A stretch of DNA of 62,516 nt, filler included, from Basidioascus undulatus (lineage: Eukaryota), in the NCBI GenBank assembly GCA_000826855.1. It is 6 parts of 6 records of this genome, joined end to end, with 100 filler letters (N's around TTAATTAATTAA, not from the genome) between each part and the next. Parts side by side here need not be neighbours in the genome. Positions count along the whole stretch, not along the records: positions 52,196 to 62,516 come from JTLS01001145.1; 5 more parts are not named here. One strand, written 5' to 3'. Position numbers and translations under genes: made by a program. Below are positions 54,139 through 62,516 of the stretch, one piece after another. The notes below the pieces were generated by a model that made no database searches, had not been told where the DNA came from, and worked only from the letters and a program-made list of their open reading frames with translations. Positions within the stretch are counted from its first letter, which is position 1. Each line of letters opens with the position of its first letter.

Positions 54139-56094
54139 CGCCCAACCTGCAGCCTTTCGTGTCCTCATCAGAAGACGGCCACTACCCATTGGACCCTGCT
54201 TATCACTTATCGGGGTTTAGATTACCTGACTTCTCGTCCGAGGGGCATGAAACGGAGCGTTCCATCCCAGTTGAGAGGATCCTCCGAAACTGACAACGCA
54301 GCGAAGTTTCGTACAGCATGCTTCGTCTGAGGCCCGGCTGTCCGGGCGCAGGCGAGGAAGCAAGTTGCACACAAATTTAACACTCCTCAACTACTTCTTA
54401 GTTTTCGGGATCGCAAGTGAGGCCAACAGAAGGAGAATGCGGCTGCCAGCGCTTGGCCGGTCAGCCCTGTGGGAAGACAACCCAAAGAGGTCCCGCTTTA
54501 CAACTAACTGCTTCGAAAGGTCCGGAACCTTTGACTTTGGGGGAGCGTGCCCGGTCTGGGAAATCGACGACCGGTGCGAGCGGCAGGACGCAGTCCAGGC
54601 GGTCGCGTACCCGAGCGCATATGGCTCAATAAAAGTGCCATATACCGTAAGCAGTAGCCTTAAAACATTCACATATCGGCCACTGAGATTCGGTCGCAAC
54701 ATCAGGTAGGTACCAACGGCGCCTGCCTTGTTTGCGCGCCCAATTCCAGAACAACGGTGCGACCTGGACATTCGGTGCAGCGAGGTAACTGTGATCGGGC
54801 GGTACACGGCCACTTCTTTCAAGACTTCTTCCACATTCTCGGATTAGGGGAGTCTATCATCCGAGAGACATGAGTGGCCTCCCGCAGCGAGCTGTTCACC
54901 GCTCACGCTCACCGCGGACGACACCCCAGGCGGCGTCTCCCTTCCCCTCCCCCGGGCATCCTCCCCATTCACCCTTCCTCGATGCATCCCAGCCCCTCAA
55001 TAGCTAATGATTATACAGGGTGTCTCATACCAGTTCCCCGTCAAGCGGGTACACAGGTTTTAGGCAGAACAGTCAACATGTCACGCAGCGGGCCAGCGCC
55101 TCGTGTGGAGGAGATGCACTGGGGGAACAACCATCACGGGGGGCATTCCAAACCCGACACCCTTATACGGTGGGGTCCGGGCCAGGATCACACCTCCGCC
55201 CCAGGCTCCTGCGCCCGCGCTGACCAGCTTTGTCGCCCACCGGCCACCGGAGCCCGCAAGAAGAAAGGAGGAGGGGATGCATCCGCAGCCGGAATGGCTG
55301 GCGGATGGGGCTTACTATGAGATAATGTCAAAAGAGGGCAGACGAAGGAAAGGGAGGCTAGGCAGAACAGCAAGGCCGGGATGGTAATGGCCAATGGGAG
55401 AGCGGGGCGGCGGCGACTGAAGGTGATGAAAAGCGACGACGCCGGTGCGCCGGACCGGAAATCGTTGCTCGCTCCATCGTAGACTGTCATACTTGGGCAT
55501 CCAGGCATTCATAATACTGGAGAAATTAAATTTGGTTAGTGAATACGTCTGAGCGCAGGCTCCGGGTTTTGGAGTCGCGTCGTCCCCACGAGGTATGGCC
55601 GGCAAGAACATGTCCTCGGTATCACCGAAAGGAAAGCAAGTGGTGTAGCATCAACGGTAACGCTAAAATAGGCCCTGTTTCCCAATGAGAGTACCGCACG
55701 GACGTACAAGCTTGAATCTGTCTCAGCGAACTCGACCAGGAGGACGTGTGTCCGCAGGACGATGCAAGCCTCTTTCGAGGGCATCGAAAGCGACATGTTG
55801 CTCTGACCGTGTTCCTCAGTAATCTATGTTCGACTCGGGCACACACTTGCGGGTTTGAATGCCAAACGCATGCATACATGTCAAGAACCATGCGCAGTAC
55901 CGGCATATCAGCGTTGTCTTCCCGCCCTTACACGCAGCTGAAAGACCCCAACATTCCAGTAATCCATGATCCTCATTAGCTACTGATGATATCTCAAATT
56001 CAGCCACCCGCAACGAACACCTTCGGATCTTTGAGAACCAGCTCACTGGCTCAACCATCCTTCCTTCCATGTCGCGCGCTTTCGCTTGTACCCC

Positions 56095-57237
56095 CTAGGC
56101 GAGAGCACGTAGCGGTAATTGGTGAGCTTGCGTGTATATGAGTATACGGCGTACTGCGCAGCGTGTACGACAGCGGCGGAGCGCATGGAAACGCTCGGCG
56201 AGCCGCTTGGCCATGCGAGGGTCGGTCGTGACCCGAAGGCGCAAACGTAAGGCGGAAGTAGATTCGTGCAATAGCAAGCATATGATCATGTCTACAAATC
56301 CCAGGGAATAGCTCCAAGATGCCATGCTCAACCACGCGCATTCCTCAATCCTCTTGCTCCCATGAGTCGCTCCCAAACTGCCAGATCGACCCGTCCTTGA
56401 TGCGGCCAGCAAAACATTCCTCAACGTCAGCATATCGATCAGAGCCGTTCGAACTTTTCCAAGTTGCGCAGGAGTGAGGTGGTGGCGACAATGGCGTGTA
56501 AAGCCATCGAAGTATCGTCGTGCATATGCTCTGTCCTCCTCGTTCGTCTCAACGTCCGCACCGAAGACAGTGGCGCGGGAGCGACGCAATTATTTCGATG
56601 AAGCATTGGAGACCTTCGAAGAAGAGATGATACTCGACTTACATATCCCACCAGGGGTATGCACAAATGAAAACGAACAGATTCGAGCACTGTGACAGGT
56701 GGTTCACGTTTTCAGTGAAGACCAATGGCATATCTCTGAAAGCCAGGTTGGTAAGCGCCGTCGGAGTCTGATGAGACAAGAAGCTATTCAATTCCTTCGA
56801 GCCACATAACCCGAAGATGCTGGCTTCCACGACGCCGGACATGTGAACGGTCGCGGGAACGTGCTGGTCGCAAGACGCTCAAGGTTCGGAGTGTCAGTCT
56901 AGAGCATATTCAAGAACGTGTGACTCATGGTGTCGAAGTCCCTGAGGAAGACCGAGCGGACGAGCGAGCCAAGGTGAGGCCGGGCTTGGAGAGCAAAATG
57001 GAAGCGAAGGAAGTGCCGCCGGTCCGCTGACGGTGTCAAGGACGAGAAGTCTATACGCGCGTAAAGAAGCCGAGTTGCGCGACGACAAATCTCCCTTGAA
57101 ACATGGCACAGCGAAACCAGTGTGTACAAGTCAGATGTGTAAGCGCGAGAGTGAGGCCGCGTGGCCAACTCGTCGATGATGTGCTTCAGAACGTCGAGCG
57201 GGAGCTTAGGAGCGTGAACCGCGAGAAAGTGCAACAT
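56095..57237 (-). pseudogene. F-box-like protein gene, interrupted; 3' limit uncertain
   Basis: PKLPLDVLKHIIDEL..LVSLCHVSREICRRATRLLY..RPHLGSLVRSV followed by an in-frame TAG at 56899-56901. Protein-like blocks continue in shifted frames. Confidence 0.65.
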
Positions 57238-58202
57238 TGATTCTGGAGGGTTTTGAAAGCTTCGAAGGAGGATTTGGAGAGGCTGTGGCGGTAAGAATAC
57301 GTGGTGGGTAGGATGATATCGCAGGTCGACGGACGGACCCGGGGGGTGTGCTTTGGTGCGGTGGCACGAGGCAGGAAACATCAAGCGGCGAAGAAACGAG
57401 AAGCGGACTTATACCTGTACAGGCCCAAATGGGCGGACTCTAATGTAAAGGGGCAATGACGAGTACTCAACTTTCTTCAGGTGTGCGGGGCACAAGTATA
57501 CCAGGGCCTGCGTAGTCGCAGACGTGCCGCCTTCGCGCCTTCCTGCGAGCTCAGCAAGTTGTGCTCGCAGTCGCCCTCCATCGCTAGCGATATTGCGACT
57601 GTCTGGAGCCTACCCGCCCTGTTCTGCCCGTCTAGTTGGTGTCAGTTCCTGTCCAGTCGCACGCCCTGCCAGTATCGGAGCCCACACCATGCATTTGGCT
57701 GTTCCCGTCAGCCATTGGGAAGCTGGGCCTTCAGCTGCGTGACGCAAGTATCCGAAACACACTCGCGGTCGCCGCTGCATCCGTTTGAGACTTGGAGGCA
57801 ATAATAGGGAGTATATCTCGGTATGCGAATAAGATGGAGAGGTCTCCTGTTCCGTCTAAGTTCCGCACCCGTCCCCTTGCATGGGCTACAGGGGAACAGC
57901 TCGAACCCATCCTCTTCGTGGAACTCAATTGAGGGCTGAGGGATCAGAACGCTATATATTTATCTTGCTTGAGCAAGTAATACTCAATGGATAATGTCGA
58001 AAATTGAGTTGAAAGGCACTCAGCGTGAGCTGCACCGTCCATGCAGCTGACGTAAGCAAACCCGGAAGCAAACGAATTTTGCAACGCCGATCGATAGTGA
58101 GCGCGTTGCTCGCCTTGTCTTCGCCGTTCGTCTTCTCTTGCTCGCCGTCGTCGTCGTCCTCGCGCCCACCCCACCTGCCCTGCCGAAAGGAAAGCCGGCA
58201 CG

Positions 58203-59455
58203 ATGGGGCTCTCACAGCGCAAAGAGAAGCAGGTGCGCCCTAGTTCCCCTTTGAGGGAAATTTTCAGGGCGATGGAAGCACGGAAACCAACCACCAACCC
58301 TTCCCCTTCCCCGCAGGTGATCCGCGCGGACCCGCGCAACACCGCCTGGGCGTCCGACACGCAGAAGTTCGGGTTCCGCATGCTCTCGCAGCTGGGGTGG
58401 GATCCGTCCTCCGGTCTGGGCACGGCGGGGCAGGGCAGCGCGAGCGCGCTCAAGGCGAGCTTGAAGCGCGATACGCTCGGCTTGGGCGCAGGGCGCGCGG
58501 CGCAGGACGAGTACTGGAAGGGCGGCGCGGAGCTGGGGAGCGTGCTCGCGCGCTTGAACCAGAGTAGCAAGACGGAGGAGGAGGTCAGGAGGGAGGAGGA
58601 CGAGGTGGGGAGGAAGATGGGGCATGCGAATGCGTACGTCTCCCTTGCGCTGGAGCAGAGAGTGGGATGCGGGGATGGCTGATTCGGAGTGAGGGGTACA
58701 GGGCGCGGGCGAAGTACCGTCGTGCGAAGGCACAAGTCTCCGCAGCGTCGATGAACGAGATCCTGGGCATCTCGCCCTCGGCTACACCCGCGACGTCCAC
58801 GCCCGCCGCCTCGACCTCCGGCTCCCCTGAGCCCGACTCGGAGGAGTCGCACCCCGCGCAGAAGAACAAGGCGAACCTCTCCGTGGCCGAATACTTCCGC
58901 ATGAAGATGCTCCAGAAGATCGGGCAGCTCTCGATGCCCTCCGCGGGGAGCACGTTCTCGGGCAGCCCGAGCCCGACGCCGACGGAGGAGCGCGCCCCCG
59001 CGGCGGGCGGGATCGGGTTCGCGGGGCGCGCTCAGAGGGCGGAGGAAGAGAAGGTAGTGGAGAAGGGGGAGAAGGTAGTGGAGAAGGAGAAGGAGGAGAC
59101 GGAGGAGGAGAGGAGGAAGAGACGGAAGAAGGAGAAGAAGGAGAAGAAGCGCGCTGCGTCTGCGGCTTCACCACCACCCTCTCCCACCCCGCCCGTCGCC
59201 CTCCCCGACCCCCTCGCTTCCTCTTCCGCGTCCGCGTCCGCCCCCGCCTCAACAGACGACAAGGCCGCCCGGAAAGCAGCGCGCAAGGCCGCTAAGGCCG
59301 CTGCCGCTGCGAGTGACGGAGAGGAGCCGAAGAAGGAGAAGAAGAAGCGCCGGCGGGAGGAGGCTGACGGGGAGGACGTGTCTGGGGAGACGGAGGAGGA
59401 GCGTAAGAGGCGGAAGAGGGAGAGGAAGGAGTGGAAGAAGCTGATGGGGGCGTAG
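58203..59455 (+). CDS. PXR1: G-patch protein Pxr1/PinX1 (Prp43 cofactor), 3 exons
   Basis: MGLSQRKEKQVIRADPRNTAWASDTQKFGFRMLSQLGWDPSSGLG..DTLGLGA, RAKYRRAK..MNEILG, KKE-rich tail. Confidence 0.88.
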
Positions 59456-60006
59456 AGCGGAGGGGGAGGCTTGTTGTATCGCATTCGCATTTTTCGCATT
59501 TTTCGCACATCTTTTTAATTTGCAGATCAGAACAGTCCGTATAGAGAGAATCAATTCGTAGAATATGCATTGAAGGTGTCAGTGCCAGACGGTCGCCAGG
59601 ACCTCGACGCCCGTCTGCAAGATTCTGCTCGAACCGAACGGTGCAGCATCTGTCCCTCTGAGAACACTGCGTCCTCACCGTACAAGTCCCTCTGTTTATG
59701 AAAAAGAGGTGTGTCTGCTGGTGCCATCTTGCTTGTGCTGCGAGTGCAGGTGCCCCAAGAAACAAAAGTCAGGCGCCCTACCCATGTTTTGCCTCCGTCG
59801 GCTCCCGAGGCGAAGCCAGCACTTGACCTGTCCTCGGCGAGTATTTCGCAACTTGGCCTCAAACAAACAGGCGACTCTCGCCTGCCTGCTCCTCCACCTG
59901 TCTCTCTCTCGCTGCTCACATTATTCACCTCCTCGGAACCTACACGCACAGATATCCTCACGACCACCACGATACCCGCAACGGCGACGACGAGGCACGC
60001 GCCGTG

Positions 60007-62516
60007 ATGTCGGCCGCGGAGGAGATGCCCGCTGAGGTGCCCGAGGTGCCCTCGCCCAGCACGCTCGCTGGGTCGGAGGTGCTCGAGCTCGAGCGGTTCC
60101 TTGAGAAGCGGGCGTGGATTGAGGAGAAAATACAGGTGCGTTTCCCATCCCCACTTTGGCTGATATTGGTCGCGGTGTTGCTGAAGGACGTTCCACGTTG
60201 TGTTGTGCGCTCCAGTTCCTCGAGGCGCTTCCTCCCCTCGATGCGTACCACGGCTTCGCGGACCCTGTCGAGGATGGAGAAGGAGAGAGCGCGAAGAAGG
60301 AGGACAAGGGCGCGATATTCCCGAGCAGGGAGGAGCTCGACCGGCTCGTGGAGGAGCACGATCGCATCGAGGACGAGGCGGAGCAGTTTGATAGTGGAGA
60401 TATGAAGAGGTTGAAGGCGTTCGCGAAAGGTGCGTTGGCTGTAGCTGCGGACTTGGGTGTTGAGGATGGGGCGGTTGCTGAGAGGTGGGGAGGTGGGCGT
60501 GGGCAGCTGCGTCTCAGAAGAACTTGTCCCCGTCTGATACCGACTTGATTGAGGTCACGCTCACGGTGCGCCTTCGTGCTGTTCCCTACTCAGCGGCTTT
60601 TACAGCTCAACCTCGTACACTTCCACAGACCCTCTTCGCCCTCGACAAGCTCCTGCACCTCCTCCAGACCCGCTCCGCCTCGCTACACCTCACCTCTCTC
60701 CGCCTGACCTGGGACGCGCAGCGCGCGGACGCGTGGTCCGAGTACGCCTCGCTGCAGTCGGGGATCGACAACCTCGTCAATGTCCGCGCGCGCTGGCAGC
60801 CTCCCTCATCCTCCTCCACCACCACCCCCTCCGCCTCCGTCGCTGCTGCACCCTCCTCGCCCACCTCCGTCCTCTCCCCCTCGCGCACGCGCAGCGCCAG
60901 CCTCTCCCTCGACGCGACGCAGTATGTCGCGCGCACGTCTACGCTGCGGCACGGCGCGGTCACGACCGCGGGGAACACGCTCGAGAAGATGATCGATGCG
61001 CGCGTGGGGAAGTTGCCGGACGAGATGCTCGATGAGCAGGACCGGCTGGAGAATCAGGCGGACGCGCTCGTGGAGAGGGGGATGTGGGCGGGAAGGGTGG
61101 TGCAGCAGTGGAAGAAGTGGGTGGATGCTTTATTCGGTTGATTAAGACTTTTTGCTGATGTGGGTGGAGCAGGGCCGACGAGCTATACGGCTCGCTGCAG
61201 ACGGCGCAGGCCTCCGCCTCAGCGCTCATCTCCCAGATAGCGCAAGCAAAGTCCTCGCACCCAGACGCAGCGCAGCACACCTTGCACACCTCCACCCTCT
61301 CGTTCCTGCACTCCTCCATCGCCTCCACCCCCGACCCCGCCTCCGCGCTCTCCGGCTTCCCGCGCCCCACGCACGCCTCCTACCCGGACCAGCCGCGCGC
61401 GAACGAGCTCATCGCGCGCGCGCTCAGTGCTGAACTCGGGAAGGCCCGAGAGGACGTCGAGAAGGCGGGAAGGGAGGTGCGCTGGTACGGCGAGGCGGTG
61501 GACAAGGTCCGGCGGGCGGAGCGGCTGCGCGGGGCACTGGAGCGGCAGGCGGACGAGTTGGAGGGCTTGGAGAGGCAGCTCAGGGAGGGCGTCGCGACTG
61601 TGTCGACTAATGGGTCCCGTCCGGACCTCACGCGCGAGGACGTCGCACCCCTCCTCGAGCATGACTCTTTCTCGACCTACCTCAGCACGCTCCCGCACCT
61701 CTCCTCGCGCGTCGGCTCGCTCGTCACCTCCGCGTCCTCCACGCTCCGCGAAGCCGAGCTCGCCCTCGTCGGGCTCCGCTCGACCGGCGCCTCCCCAGCC
61801 TTCACCATCTCCGTCTCCGCCGCCGCCGCGCGCGTCCGCGCCGCCCTGCACGGCGCGCAGGCCGCGCAAACCTCTGCTCAAGCGGACGCGGACGCCCTGC
61901 GCGAGAGCAAGGACGTTGCCAGGGGCATGGAGGAGCTCCTCGAGCAGGCAGGGCAGACGCGCCGGGGCGTGGAGCGCGAGATCCAGCGTGCTAAGTGGCG
62001 TGGGAGGGCGGACGAGGACGTCGTGCCCCTCCCCGTCTCATCGCCCGGTCGGAGCTCGGCGGACCTCGTACTGCAGCTGTCGAACCTCCGCACATTCCTC
62101 GTCGCTGTCCCGCTCGACACCCTCGTCGCCCGCTTGGAGCCATATCCGCGTCTCGCCGAACACCTCCGCACGAAGCGCGACGCCGCGGACGGAGCACTGC
62201 GCGAGCTTGGTGGGAGAGTCCGCCTCCTCGAGGGCGTGCGCGACCAGCGGAGGGAGATGCAGCTCGTCCTGGAGGAGGGGCGCGCACTGGAACGCTCGCT
62301 GCAATCCCTTCACGAGCGGGCCGACTCAGCGTGCTCGGCAGTCCGCTCGGGGCACGAAGCGGACGATGCCTCCCTGCAGTCCGAGCTGGACACCTTCTCC
62401 GGCCGCGTCGAGGCGTTCTCCACCTCCCTCGCAACCCGCATCCCTTTCCTCTCCTCCCCTCCACCTCGTTGCTCGGCTCAACCACCATCGCGTCCGCGGC
62501 GTGAACGAAGCTCGCG
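60007..62516 (+). CDS. Large helical/coiled-coil protein, 3' truncated; possibly the basidiomycete GAR(GAS2)-domain family
   Basis: In-frame exons EVLELERFLEKRAWIEEKIQFLEALPP, EHDRIEDEAEQFDSGDMKRLKAFAKAASQKNLSPSDTDLIEVTLTTLFALDKLLHLL. Family link is from recall; any GAR domain would lie beyond the window. Confidence 0.75.

Noticed and set aside
55021..55324. RNase MRP RNA, suggested by ATGGGGCTTACT
   Set aside because: No GAAAGTCCCC-type CR-I preceded by P2/P3 helices; the geometry does not fit.
59480..59508. CGCATTTTT short repeat after PXR1
   Set aside because: Ordinary slippage repeat in a 3' UTR.

Overview
Eukaryotic, intron-rich, GC-rich fungal DNA. Intron signals (GTGCG/GTGAG donors, GCTGAC branch sites) and the gene families point to a basidiomycete. 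The window is not one locus: it is six unrelated contigs of about 10.3 kb, in descending length order, joined by artificial 100-nt spacers (N44-TTAATTAATTAA-N44). Recognisable genes are FAN1 nuclease, DEAD-box helicases DRS1 and DBP3, tRNA-Ser(CGA) with a 10-nt intron, an APH-family phosphotransferase, SEC24, an Osh6/7-type oxysterol-binding protein, a FAM72-family protein, DOT1, SNF1, a Chs4/Skt5 chitin synthase activator, a SETMAR-like SET protein and PXR1. There are also several hypothetical proteins, several decayed genes (Lon protease, CipC, FAD oxidoreductase, F-box) and LTR-like relics. The most striking signal is at 27007-27087: a circularly permuted tRNA sequence. Its 3' half comes first, joined directly to its complementary 5' half, split in the anticodon loop and followed by T8. 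I know this arrangement from some algae and an archaeon but not from fungi. All exon structures were read by eye; no searches were run.
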